Below are positions 48,098 to 62,100 of a stretch of DNA of 64,000 nt, one piece after another (position 1 is the first letter of the stretch; each line of letters begins with the position of its first letter). A model generated the notes under the pieces. The model saw only the letters and a program-made list of their open reading frames with translations, did no database searches and was not told where the DNA came from. Where the stretch lies: NCBI GenBank assembly GCA_050295575.1, contig JBNKPX010000001.1, forward strand, positions 28,884 through 92,883. Reading direction: 5' to 3'. Made by a program: the position numbers and the translations under genes. The stretch comes from Gammaproteobacteria bacterium. GTDB taxonomy: Bacteria; Pseudomonadota; Gammaproteobacteria; GCA-001735895.

Positions 48098-50032
48098 TCA
48101 CATGAAACTGTATTGAAAGTCAAAAACTACTCGAATACTATCATTTGGCACTGTAATAGTGTCATCGCTAAAACTTTCATCCACTGGGAAAGCTAATTGT
48201 AAGTTACCACTAATTTGGTTTCGGTATGAGTACTGTACCCCAACCCCAACATCAACAAGCTGCCCCGTTGAGTTTTCTGTGCCATCAATAAGAGAAACAA
48301 CCTCTCCCCAGGATGCATCCACGAAAAGATAGGGCGATAAAATCTTTCTCCAGTTACTGTCTCCAATATCGATATCCATAAACTCAGGAGCATTAAAAAT
48401 CCAGTCAACACCAAAATATAGGGCATTATCTGCCGAAAATTGATTTGTCTGATATCCTCGAGATCTGGTTGGCCCAGCCAGAGAAAACTGATTGATTGAT
48501 GACAAACTGGAACTTGCGAATTGGCCAGATCCTCGGTAAATAAGACGAGTATCAAGGTCCAGTAAAGGAACTTGCCAGAAAGTCAGTAAGGAGTAATTAA
48601 CACCTAGTACATAGTAGTTTTTATCCTGGCCATCCTCAGCACCTTTATCAAAGCTACCAGAAAGCAATGAGATATCGCCCTGATGTAATGCCTTGCTTTC
48701 TTCATTTAGCACATCAAACCTGAAAACGAACGACAGGTTGGAAACAACATCATCTAGCCTGTCATCCTCTGCTCCACCGACTGCACCCAGGCGAAGTTGA
48801 GACTCAATTTCGTTGTATATAATATCGCCATAATAACTAGCCGTCCGGCTACGCTTAAAACGATAGGTTGCAGTGATGTCAGTCTGGGTGGTTTCGCCAA
48901 AAATCCCCAGATCATTAATAGTCTCATTATTCCCTTGACCAAGAACAAAATCATTAGAGGATCGGCCTATACCCAGGTCAAATCTGGGGCTGAAGACCCT
49001 GGATGAGTATCGCAGCTGATAATAGGTTGAGTTTTCGGGATCTACTGTTTTTAAAACCGCCAGCTTTAATTGATCAGCATTGCCAAGCGGATTATGCCAA
49101 AGCCCTTCAGCATAAACACGGTACTGGCCAGTCAGTTCAGATCCATGGTTATCAAATCGAATATTCGCATCATATTTGCGCTCATTCTTGACCAAAATTG
49201 ATAGTTTTGTATCTCCTACCTGTGTACCCGGTTGAAAAAAGCCTGTCGCAATAACACCAGGAAAATCGTTGATTAAATATAAATTCTCTTCTACCAACTT
49301 ATCAGTTACTGGTAATGTCAATAAATCATCAAAAGCTGAAGTCAGGACGTTACTTTTATAAATCTTATTATTTTGTACATCAACCTCTCCTAGAGTCCCT
49401 AATAATACGCTCAAGGTTACGATACCATCCCTAACCTGCTGCTGTGGAATATATGCCTTGGCTAATATAAAACCTCTTTCTCGGTAAAACCTTGTGATAC
49501 GATCAGCAACAGTTTCAATCTGCCCCAGTGTTACACCACGTTTAGAGCGCTGTTCTCTGACCAGCCAGATAAGTCTTTGAACCTCAAGTTCGGACACATG
49601 CCGATCCTGTGTCTCTTCTTCAATCTCGACTAAAAGCTTAGAAACCTCTGCCAGTTCCTTTTTCGTAAAGCCAGATTCCTGAACCTCAAACTCCTGCATA
49701 AGATCAAAGCGTATGCCTTCGATAAGTTTATCGATGTCGGATTTAGTGATACCCAGCTCAGGAAACTCGACTATTCCCTCAATCTTAAATCGCTCAACAT
49801 TCAATCTGGGGCCGGCCTGTGGATCTGGATCCCTGTCCCGTACGCTTGGAATATCAAGATCCTTGAGCAATGACTTTCTTTCCATTTTTGGCATTTCAGT
49901 AATTTCCGGCATACTGAAGAAATCAGCCGATAGATCGGATGAGGTCAAGACTCCAATCGGAATCAGCAAGAGTAGTAAGTAAAGCTTTTTCAATTTTAAT
50001 TCCATTACATAATTCTGATGTACTAATACCAA
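48098..50032 (-). CDS. Two-partner secretion transporter TpsB (ShlB/FhaC/HecB family, POTRA + 16-strand beta-barrel)
   Basis: Signal peptide, then a POTRA_2-like region and a ShlB-type barrel ending in the aromatic 'FDFQYSFM'. The likely true start is 'MELKLKK..' at about 50005. Confidence 0.85.
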   Translation of the reverse strand: MVLVHQNYVMELKLKKLYLLLLLIPIGVLTSSDLSADFFSMPEITEMPKMERKSLLKDLDIPSVRDRDPDPQAGPRLNVERFKIEGIVEFPELGITKSDIDKLIEGIRFDLMQEFEVQESGFTKKELAEVSKLLVEIEEETQDRHVSELEVQRLIWLVREQRSKRGVTLGQIETVADRITRFYRERGFILAKAYIPQQQVRDGIVTLSVLLGTLGEVDVQNNKIYKSNVLTSAFDDLLTLPVTDKLVEENLYLINDFPGVIATGFFQPGTQVGDTKLSILVKNERKYDANIRFDNHGSELTGQYRVYAEGLWHNPLGNADQLKLAVLKTVDPENSTYYQLRYSSRVFSPRFDLGIGRSSNDFVLGQGNNETINDLGIFGETTQTDITATYRFKRSRTASYYGDIIYNEIESQLRLGAVGGAEDDRLDDVVSNLSFVFRFDVLNEESKALHQGDISLLSGSFDKGAEDGQDKNYYVLGVNYSLLTFWQVPLLDLDTRLIYRGSGQFASSSLSSINQFSLAGPTRSRGYQTNQFSADNALYFGVDWIFNAPEFMDIDIGDSNWRKILSPYLFVDASWGEVVSLIDGTENSTGQLVDVGVGVQYSYRNQISGNLQLAFPVDESFSDDTITVPNDSIRVVFDFQYSFM

Positions 50033-50157
50033 CCAGGTATTAGAAACAATATTAACTAGAGGTTCAAGTTTGTCAGGTAATATCTAATTGCAGCGAGATT
50101 TTTTTTGACAGGCATTGCAGCTACCCAAAATCTAACGCTGAATGATCAGGCATTCTG

Positions 50158-53100
50158 TTAAAAGGCAACCGAGACTGTTGTATCTTCTTCTTGATCATCC
50201 TCTCTTAATTCATCATCGTAAAGTTGATCTCGAGGCATACGGATAGATATATCTACAGAGCTATAGTTTCTCAATTCTGTAAAGATAGCAGGATCAATAT
50301 CGCCCAAAGACTCAATTTCTACTAATTGCTCACCAGATATAGCCTGTATGACACCTAGAGAACTAATATCGAGTCCCGTTGTTTTCAAGTTATCAGGCTG
50401 CTCTGGATGAAAAAATATGCTGTTAGTTTTTGCATCGATAAAAATCGCCCCGCTTTGTGGCACATCGAAAACAATCGGCTTCGAAGTTGAACCAAAGGTA
50501 CCGTTCACAGCAAAAAAGGTGGCAGTATTAGCCGTAATATTTGGATTAGTATAATCAATGGTTTTTTCACCATAGAAGCTTCCATTTTCAGAGTTCATAC
50601 GAAGCTTACCATTATCACGATTGACCGCAACGCTGCCTTTATTAACGATAATATCGGTATTTGATTCAAGGAAAATTTCACTACTACCCACTGTAGCCTG
50701 TAATTTATCGATCTCTAGAGTTCCAATTTGATCTATAAAAATCGAGCCAGCACCCGTATTAACCACATCCATTAGGGCTACCTGAGTATTTAATTTTTGT
50801 GCTTCAGAAGCTATCCCGCTATTGGATCTAATAGTTAATGAGTCAGCCAATAGATTATTTGCCGCCCCATTTGAATCACCAATCGCCCCATTCGTGGACT
50901 CGAGAGAAATTGAGTGATTTGGTGCCGACAGCAATTCCAGGCCGATATTACTTTGCGCTGTATAGTTGATATCTCCGCTGTTGGCAATGGTAGAAGTGGA
51001 GTCACTCATCAAGATATCAGCAGCTGAATTGAGGACAACAGACCCAGAGGAAGAAGTCAGGTTAGCATTTTGATCAATACCATTGTTAACCGTAGTGAGA
51101 AGGAGATCATCTACAGCAGTAACCTGTCCATTCAGCTGTAGACCTCCAGCACTAATGTCAACACCGGCTGTGGAGTTAACACTTGAATTAAAGGTTGCAG
51201 TTCCACTCGCGTTAAAAGTAATGCCAGAAGTCGAAAGAGCTATATTACTTGTTAGGTTACGCGAAGTAATATCAATAAAACCACTCGCATTCATCTTATT
51301 GATAGTTAAGTCATTCCCGCTATTATCGATAGTGACGTCGTGTGCATTCTCTACCCATAACTGATTCAAGCTATTAGCATCAGCACCACTTAAAAGTATA
51401 TCCTGCGGGCCAAAGCTAGCACTATTAGCAGTCAGGCGTGTTTCGCCATTTACTATAAAACCGCCCTGCTGAGATATGTTGCCAGATGAAAAAATATTCA
51501 GGTTATTGGCTTGAAACCCGCCCAGATCAGTATTCACGCTATTGGTAACTAATACATCCCCAAGTGAGCCAGATGAAGCATTCAAACTAACCTGTCCATT
51601 CAAGCGATTACCTGAATTATCAAGCGTAATATCGTTGCCGGAAGTAGTAGTTAATAAAGTTAACCCTGCAACCGATAATCCATTTTCCCCGTCATCAATA
51701 GAACCGACCGCTGTTACGTCAAGATCACCATTGATAGTTGTGGAGTTAACTGTTATCTGATTTGCATCAGCAAGTGTTACATCCTGAGCTTTTGAAACAG
51801 TCACAATGTTTAAATCATTCGTAGCTACACCTAGAACTACGTTACCTTTACCAGAGCCCGCATTTAGTATAGTAGTACCATCAACCTTAATAGACGATGT
51901 ACTATTTTCTGTAATATCACCAGATTGCGTTGTGACACTAAAAGAACCAGCGATACTTGATTGATAGGTGTTAGTACCCAGAATCACTCCATTGCTATCG
52001 GTCAAGCTAACATCTTTAGCATCTACAAAAGCAATCTGATTTAAATCATTTGTGAAAGTAGATAGTTTTACGTCTTCACCAGTTGAATCAATAATGGTAT
52101 CTCCTGCCACTGTCCATACACCTGATTGAGAAGCCTCCAAAGCATCAATATTGAGGTCACCCGCCAAATTTAATGCAGCCAGATTTAATGTTGCAATATT
52201 TGTAATATCTACATTCTGTAACTCCCCACCAGAATTAGATTTCACATCTACTGTGTTCTGGAAATTATTACCCGGATTATTTAACAAAACAGATTGGCCA
52301 TCAGCAACTCTGAAATTAGTGGCTCCATCCACACTGATAGCACCAGATTGTGTCAGATCGTAAGCTCCCAATGAAATAACATTCAATGTTCCTTTTACAC
52401 TTGCTGAGGAGATATGAATAACATTGCTATTGGTGAAATTAACATCAAAAACTTCGCTATTACTGAGACTGATTTCCCCTGAGAAATCATTTCCAGAATC
52501 GGTCAGATCGATAGCGCCTGCTCCAGCATTAATCGTTACCGCAGCAGCATTTGCTTGTTGAATGATGGGACCAGATTGTTTTATGCCTGTAGCATCCACC
52601 TTAAAGATGCCAGAGCCAATATGCGATTCACCAAATACCAAATTATCGGTATCGGTAATAGTTACTTCATTGTTGCCACTGTTATTTAATGAAACAGGGC
52701 CAAGAAACTGATTACCTGCCTGACCTAATACGATACTACTAGCACCAGCATTAAAAATTATATCCTGAGCAGGACCGCTAGTAGGTGATTGTTGTATTAA
52801 GGTTGTGCCAGTTTGTTGAGAGACCCCGACACTATTGAGTACAAAGCCCACCATACGGATATCGCGGAGTTGAATGGTATCGAAATCGCTAATTTTCACA
52901 TTGGCTGCACTACCGATAGAGAGACTGCCAAAATTATTAGACGAGTTAAGCAGGCTTATATCATAACTGCCTGAACCTAAATTTACATTATTTGCAATCA
53001 GTTTGTTGTTTCCAACGATAGGTGCGTTGCTGGAGGTTACTGTTAAATCATAGATTCCAGCATCTACTATACCCAGTCGGGTTTCTGAAGAAGTCCCAGA

Positions 53101-56100
53101 ATTATTAAAAACAACAGCCCCTGAACTATTAGTGTCGAAACTGATCAATCCTGTCAAAGCGTTATTTGAATTTTCCAACAGGATTGATCCATTTGCCTGT
53201 AAATCCAAATCCCCACTTGATACAAGAGCTTGAGTACTGGTATCACTGATACTTCCACCACTAACGACAGTTAACTTATCATTGCTATCGGTCTGTAAAA
53301 GGGATATTGCATCTTTTTCATCTATCTCTATTTTTGCATTAGAGTTCGTCACAGACAATTGGGCAACATTGGTCAGCAATTTATTCCCAGTAGTATTATC
53401 CACACCGATAGAATCAAGGTTCAGTGAATGACCTGTCAGGGTATAGCCTCCACTATTATCAATTTGATGAGCTGAAAGACTGAAAAAGCCGCTACCGGTA
53501 TTCAGGTTAAAATCATTTGAAATTGTTATTAACCCCGAAGCACCCAGATTTCCAACAGTCAGGCTTGTTTTATTCTCATAAGCAACCGAGATAAATTGGA
53601 AAGAAGAGTTCTTGACCACGAACTCACCTTTTCCAACTGAGCCATCACTACTTAAAGTGACTTGATCATTATCATCCTGACCAGAAATAACCAAATTTCC
53701 TGCTTGCACCGTGTCTGTTACTGACTCAACCCCGGTATAAGACACTGAAGCCAGAGCGGGAATCGTGGTATTTTCATAGAGATGAGTCGCTATTTTGCTG
53801 ACATAATCAACCGAGTAGGTAGCGGTCTCAAAATTGGCTATAGATCCATTAATGATCAAGGTATCGGAGTCGGAAGAAGAGTTATTAGCAAAAGCCAGAG
53901 TACCACCAGTTGATGAGACTTCACCATTGCCATTAAATAAGGCAATAATGGCATTATCGCCATTAAGATTTACCGTAACTTTATCATCTCCTGCACCACC
54001 ATTAATTCGACTAACGATATCAGCATCAGTTTGAGAGCCAATAGAACCACTAGCCCGAATTTCAAAATTATCTACTCCTGCCCCTCCCTGCAAAATGTTG
54101 AAATTAGTAAAGCTAGTTGAACTTGTACCAGAAGTAACAGATCCAGAGTTGTTGCCGGTAATGATCCATGTGCTGCCTGAATCAGAAGCCCTTAAAATAC
54201 TAGCAGTTCCATTACCGTTGATACCTTCGATATTTCTTATTCCAGAAACTCCATCAAGTGCAGTGGCAACTGTTTTATCTACGACCGCCTGTGAACTGAA
54301 GTCTATAGTATCGATGGCATAAGGATTATTATCTAGATCCAGAGGATGAGTTCCACCATCTATATCACCATCAATATCACCATTAGCTTCAATCAAAAAA
54401 TTATCGGCTAAAGTTCCACCTGTAATATTGTTAAAACCTTCAAATTGCGATGTGAAGTTATCACCATCTTTAACAGTACCCTGATTACTAACAATGACTT
54501 TAGGGTTATTTATATCAGGGTCAGATAAATTATATATCCGCCAGAAATTATTCGTATTGCGGCCAATCAGTTCTGCATTTCCATTTGCCTTGAATCGTTC
54601 AATATTTGAGAAATCATCTTGCAGATTAACGATTATTGAATTGGTCATAAAAGACATATCCACAAAATCACTGTCAGACTCTGACACTGATAAGAAACCA
54701 CCATCTACCATTCCGCTTATCGATGATGCGTTCTCTTTATAGTTAAAGGTATCGTTCTGATTGTTGCCTGTCAGGTTTTCGATGTCAGAAAATTTGGCAA
54801 TACCTGTTACATTCCCAACGTTTGCATTGGTTATATTCCAGGTCGTACTTGTGGTTCTTTGACTGATTATTTCATCATCGCTTAAAAGCCCGCCATCAAT
54901 CGATCCTGTAATACCCCCAGTAGCACCAAGGTAAAATTTATCGACGACATTATCAGAACCTGATAATTTTTCCACGCTGGTAAAATAGCTGCTGGATACA
55001 GTCACTACATCGGTTCCAGTGATATACCAGTCGGTACTCGCTGCACGAGTATTAATCACCTGATCAGTGACTGTTCCCGCTCCACCTTTGACTTCTCCAC
55101 TGATACTGCCATCATCGCCTACCGTGAAGTTGTCATCAACATTATCCGCACCGGTCAGGTTTTCAATGTCACTAAAGGTATTGCCGGAAACACTTCCACT
55201 ATTTGGATTTGGACCACTGATTGTCCAATCTGTTGTAGCGATTAATTCACTTGCGATTTCATCATTGGTATTAACTCCACCATCTATAATCAGGTTGGCG
55301 TTTGTTCCCTGAAGATTGAAGGTGTCGGTCTGGCTGTCTGAGCCCTTCAGGGATTCAATACCGGTAAAGCGGGTGCTGGATACGGTCACTGCATTTGTGC
55401 CAGTGATGTTCCAGGCTGTACTCGCTGTGAGGGTACTCAGAACCTGGTCGTTGCCTCCCGCTCCACCTTTAACTTCTCCACTGATACTACCTCCATCAGC
55501 AACGGTAAAGGTATCGTTGTAATCCCCTGCTCCAGTTAATTTCTCCATACTTGCAAAGGAAACCACAGTATTAAATGTCCCTTTATCAAAATCATTGATA
55601 GCCCAGAAACCATTAGCCTCAGTTCCATTGATTAATTCATCAACTCCAGTACCTCCCGTTAATGAATCAAAACCAGAATAACTTGTAGTACCATCAATAT
55701 TTCCGCTACTAACGGATGTTACCGTCCATAGGTGACCAATGTTATAGCCTTGAAGCGTGTTGGTTACTGAATTGTTCGAGTTTACATGCTCAAAACCTGT
55801 TATATCGAAATGCCCATTTATGAGTTTATTTGGTGTAGCCGTACCATCAATTTCAACTACGACAGACTGTGCAGCGGCTGCTCCACTCAAGTTGGCAGGG
55901 GTATAGAAATTGATAACATCATTGCCGTCGCCACCATTAATCAACCCGGTGATATCCCCATAAACTGGGGTTGACGCTCCACTACCCTGAAAATTGAAGG
56001 TATCATCACCACTCCCCCCAACCAGTGTTGCAAATCCAGAAAAGCTAAAACCACCAACAGTTCCAGAATTATCACCAGTGATATTCCAGGTACTTCCACT

Positions 56101-59100
56101 ATTGCTACCTTGCAATGTCGACTGACTACCACCTAAATAAGAGTCGATATTTACGAATCCAGCATTATTTCCCATGATCACAGTAAATGGAGTTAAAATA
56201 CTGCTAAAGTCCACCGAATCCAGATTATCGATTAAGTTATCGTCATTACCACCATTAATGTTACTAATAAAACTGACGCTGGTAATATCAAACGAATCAG
56301 GATCCTTGATGCTGCCTTTTAGCGATTCCATTTCTCTAAAGGTATAGATAAATCCGCCAGCTTCCAGGGTACCTGAGTTTGCACCGTTTACAGTCCAGAG
56401 ATTTTCATTGGTATCATCAACCGAAAATACAAATGAATCTTTTCCTGATTCATTGCCACCAGAGATATCCAAATTCCCCACATCAACAGAAATTTGGAAA
56501 CTATCATCCAGAGCACCACCAATCAGATATTCCATAGAACTGAAAAGTCGTGTACCGACACTATCTGTGATTCGGTAATCCGTACTATTTAATGACCAGG
56601 TATTAATATCATCGAACGCTGTCAGATAATCTGTTGCACTACCACCCACAATCACCTGGATATTCGTGAACGAAGCCAGTTGTTTAGGTGATGTATTTCG
56701 ATCAAATAGTGTCCCGTCTGTCGCCGATGTCAAAGTCCAGTCATTGCCCTGATTGGGTCCTGTCAATTTATTAGTTCCTTCTGCACCATCAATGGTGCCA
56801 ATCGATGCACTTAATACTATTGTAAAATTATCATCTGCAGAGGAACCGGTGAGTTTTTCGATACTGGTAAACAGGCCAACACCATCTACCGTTCCACCAT
56901 TATCAGAATTTATCGCCCAGCTAGTAGTAACAGTCCGTTCGCTGATCAATTCATCACCAGTACCACTTCCACCATTAATCTCTGTGGTAATGCCACCTGT
57001 AGCAGCCAGAGTAAATGTGTCTACAGCGTTATTAGAGCCTGTTAAGGTTTCAAAACCAACGAATGAGTTAATACCCGTAGTTGACCCGGTATCAAGCGAG
57101 CTGATTGTCCAGGCCCAATTCGACTTTCCTGTATAAGCTAGAGTATCTCCGATTACACTCCCCCCATTGATGACACCAGTAATACTTCCAACTTCTGTAA
57201 AAGTGAAGTGATCCAGGGTGTCGTCAGATCCGGTTAAACTCTCGATACCGACAAACTGCGTAACACCAGTTGTACTACCACCATTTAGAGTATCGACATT
57301 CCAGTACCATACAGTACTGGTACCGCTGTAAGCCAGGGTATCACCACTACTGGTGCCGCCGGTAACAACCCTTGAAACACCGGCTCCTTCAGCGACAGTA
57401 AATATGTCTGCTGCTGAATTCGATCCAGTCAAATTTTCAATGCCAGTAAAACTGGGTACAGCATCCATTGATCCATTATTAGCACTAGAGATTATCCAGT
57501 TGGTAGTACTGTTAGCCTGGCTGATTAATTCGTCATCCGCGCTTGTGCCACCATTAACAGCGATACTAATATTACCAGTCGAATTTAAGGTGAATGTATC
57601 AGTAGCATTATCGGAACCTGTTAAAGTTCCTATACCAGTGAAATGCGCAATGCCCGTTGAACTACCCTCATCTGGCGCGCTAATAGTCCAAGCCCAATCA
57701 CTGGTTCCCGTATAAACCAATTGATTTCCACCGCCTGTCCCTCCGACGAGGTCACCCGTAATTTGCCCACCTTCGTAGACTTTGAAAATATCGTTTACAC
57801 CATCCACTCCGGTCAGGTTTTCCATACCATCAAAATTAAAAGCTGCATTGATAGTACCCTTCCCTACATCACTGATTATCCAGTTAGCAGCAGACGACAT
57901 AGCGTAAACTAATGTATCACTTGCACTGCCACCAGTTAATGAAGAAAAGCCTGTATAGGCGATAGTTCCATCAACCGTTCCTTCATCCGTAGTGGTAGCA
58001 TTCCATGTATGAGAAAGATCGAAACCTCGCAAAGTATTATCAATACTCGCGTTTGCGTTAATAGTTTCAAATCCGCTGACGTCTATCCATCCATTGGTCA
58101 AGTTGTCAGGGTCTCTGTTACCGTCGATCTGCACTGTTACAGCTTTTGGGGCTACACCATCCAATAGATTCGCCGCTGTAAACAAATTGATAGTGTCACT
58201 ACCACTTCCACCTTCAAGCACGCCATCTATCTGCCCATATACAGGCGTGCCCACACCGCTGCCAATGAAATTGAAAATATCATTTCCGTCCCCACCCAAC
58301 AGATTCCCGAAGCCACTAAATCGAGCGCCATCTAACGTACCGGCACCAACCCCATCTATATTCCACGTACTACCAGTGGCACTTCCCTCCAGAGTGCACT
58401 GGTCACAACCGCCATAGCGTTCGATATTGACAAATCCAGGTTCTGATCCCATTACATAGGTATATGCGGTACCTAACCCTGCAAAACTCACCTCATCCTG
58501 ATTATCTGATGTATTATCTTCAAGGCCACCATTGATTTTACCAATAAAAGAAGTATTGCTAATAGTAAAGGTATCAGGGTCACCATTACCTTTTATTGAC
58601 GAAATGTTATTAAATGTATAAGTTTTGGTAGCAGCAGTAATTGTGCCAGAGATGCTGCTATCAACTGTCCAGGCATTTTCACTGCCATCGGTCTTCGAGA
58701 AAATGAAAGAATTGGTTCCGCCACCGCCGTTAATACTCAAATCTCCGTAATCAGCGGTAACGTCAAAAGCATCATTCAGGTTACCACCAGTCACTGAACC
58801 CATAGAAGTAAAATTGGTAGGCCCAGAATTATCTATCGTTACTTCGACATGACCTTGAAGAGCACCATCAAAAGTCCAGGTATTAGCAGAGTTCCAACCA
58901 GTTAGTGAATCGGTAATAGAACTGCCTCCTTTCAGGGTCTGGATATCTTGAAAACCAGCTAAAAGAGTATCACTTCCATCCTTAAGCGTACCGGTATAAA
59001 CATTGGTAAGTGTCCAAAAATTCTTCGTGCTCGGACCTTGAATACTATTAGCCCCACCACCTCCAACAATAGAGTTGACACTGCCCAATGATCCAAAGAT

Positions 59101-62100
59101 AAAATCATCATCTGCACCGGAACCATTCAATGAATCGATATCTGAAAATTCTTTTACGATGGTAGCAGTTGTCTTATCCTGCAATTCGCCACCATTTGTA
59201 CTGGTAATATTCCAGATGGTTTTAGTCGTTCTTTGGTTGGTGATAGTGTTTCCAGCATCTGTTCCACCAGCGATAGAACCAGAAAAAACACCACCGTCCT
59301 GTATATAAAATGTATCTACTACGGCATCAGATCCAGTCAGTGTTTCAATGTTGGAAAATGAATCAAAGCTGTTCATACTTCCCGATTCATTTCCATCAAT
59401 ATACCAATTGGTCGCTGTAAACCACTCATTGATAATTTCATCCCCAGCACCTGTTCCACCATCAATACTGCCATTAAATGTAACTGAATCCACCGCGTGA
59501 AAAATATCTGCAACGTCATTTGCGCCGGAAATTTTTTCTACACCTGAAACCGCCAAAAGTACGGTTGTATTATCTACATCTTTTACAGCCGCTTGGGCAG
59601 AACCGGTAATTTTCCAATGAGTAGTAGCAGTTCTTCCATTGATAAGCTCATCGCCTGCACCACTACCAGCAGTGACAGTACCAGAAAAAATTCCAGTATC
59701 TTGAATGTAAAAAGTATCCGCAACCTTATTCGATCCAGTCAAAGTTTCTATACCAGAAAAAGAATCGAAGCTATTCATTTTCCCAGATTCATTTCCATTT
59801 ATGTACCAGTTTGTTACCGTTGACCACTCATTGATAATCTCATCTCCTGTACCCGCCCCACCATCTATGTTTCCAGTGAAGGTAAATGTATCTTCCGCAT
59901 GATATATATCGGCAACATCTGTCGCCCCAGTGAGGTTTTCAATACCTGAAAAAGAAAATAACTGAGTTGTATTGTCTGTATCCTTGACAGTCCCCTGATT
60001 AGCACCGCTAATAGCCCAATGTGTGGTTAATGTTCTTACATTAGTAATTTTATCAATAACCCCTGCTCCACTTCCTCCATCTATTGACCCTGTAACCTTT
60101 CCAGAATCTTCGATTATGAAATTATCAGTATTCGTCCCGCCAGTTAAAGTCTCAAAATTTGTAAACTTGGTAACAAGTTCCTTATTACCTGCTGGGATGC
60201 TATTAGTAGCCAAATTATACGTACTACTTACAGCACCACCATCAGTACCGTCTATTCTCCAGATATTAGCTGTGTCTCCACCTAACAAGGTATTTGCATT
60301 ACTACTGTTTGCTGTCAGTGTTTCTATATTTATGATATCGAATACATTAGCGGTGAGCGTACTTAAGCTTGCATCTAGTTGTACTGTAACAGCCGTCAAT
60401 TTCGCAGTCAGATTAACCGTATCATTGGTAGAACCGGCCGCACCGTCACTCCATCCATCTATTAAACCGGTTACATCTCCTGCATCTTCGATAATAAAAT
60501 TATCGGTACCCGTCCCGCCAGTTAAATTCTCAAAATTTGTAAACTTGATGACACCTTCCTTATTATCTACTGGGATGCTATTAGTAGCCAAATTATACGT
60601 ACTACTTACAGCACCATCATCAGCACCATCTATTCTCCAGATATTAGCAGTGTCTCCACCTAACAAGGTATTTCCCTTACTACTGTTTGCTGTCAGTGTT
60701 TCTATATTTGTGATATCGAATACATTAGCGGTGAGCGTACTTAAGCTTGCATCTAGTTGTACTGTAACAGCCGTCGATTTCGCAGTCAGATTAACCGTAT
60801 CATTGGTAGTACCGGCCGCACCGTCACTCCATCCGTCTATTAAACCGGTTACATCTCCGCCGTTAGAAATGTAAAACGTGTCTGCAACTGAACCACCGGT
60901 TAAATTTTCAATTTGTTGAAAATCGCTCACATTATTAGTGTTAAGGTTTCCTGAATCTGATCCAGTTATATTCCAGATATTCGTATTGTCTGACCCAATA
61001 AGCGTATCGCTGCCAGCTCCCCCATAAATATTACTAACATTAATTGAATTAGAGCGGACACTAAATGTGTCATTGCCAGCAGCGCCATTCACTGATCCTG
61101 AGAGACTGGTTCCTATTTCAAAGCTATCAGCTCCACTGTTGCCGTTTATGGTTAATGTACCGTTGACTGAAATTGAAGAGGTAGAGATAAATTTAAAAGT
61201 GTTATCTCCTGTTCCATTGGTATTATCGGTACCACCATCAATGGTAATATTAACTGAATCACCTTTGCCTGTGGTCGAATTAATATGACTACCAGCGCTT
61301 AGTTGGAAAGTTGCATCTGAATCATTAAGGCCAAAATTAAAATCCAACGAAGTAGTGTAGTCTCCATGACTAAGATCACTATGACCATGAATATCATTTC
61401 CGGAGAGTGTTAAGCTACCTTGAGCATTGACGGTCAAGTCACCATAAACAGTCACATTCCCAATTTCAGTTGTACTACTGGAATTATTAAAAACAATATC
61501 TGCTTGTGCATCTCCTTGATTGCTAAAACTAACCGCTCCCAAAAAATCATTGCTAGCACTGTTTAATGTGATATCAGAATTTGAATTGGAGGTAATGAAA
61601 CTGGAAGTGGAATCCACTGCAACTCTGGTACCGGTTGCCTGCGTAATACCACCACCGGTAGCGGTAACCGATAAAGCTCCTGCGATATCAATATTTCCAA
61701 GAGTTAAACTACTACTATCTTTTAAAGTCAGGTTTTGTGCTTTGGTAACATTAACCTGACCTACAAAATCATTATCCTGGTCAAGCGTTATTGAAGAAGG
61801 CGTATTTGAAGTAAACGTTGAGATACCATGAATCGATAGCGTATTGTTTGCATTATTGGCGATTGTTCCTCCTGCTATAACGGTAAGGCTACCACAGGCA
61901 TCATTTACACCTGTTCCACAGGAGGCATAGATATCATTAGCAATATCTGTCTGGCTTGTGGATAATGTTTCAGTGATGATATCACCTAGAGTTGCAATGC
62001 CAGTCATCGTCAGTGACACATCACCACCAGGGCTAGTTGTACTATCTGCTCCAAATTCAGATCTGTTGTAGTCGGTATTAATTATATGACCAGCACTGCT

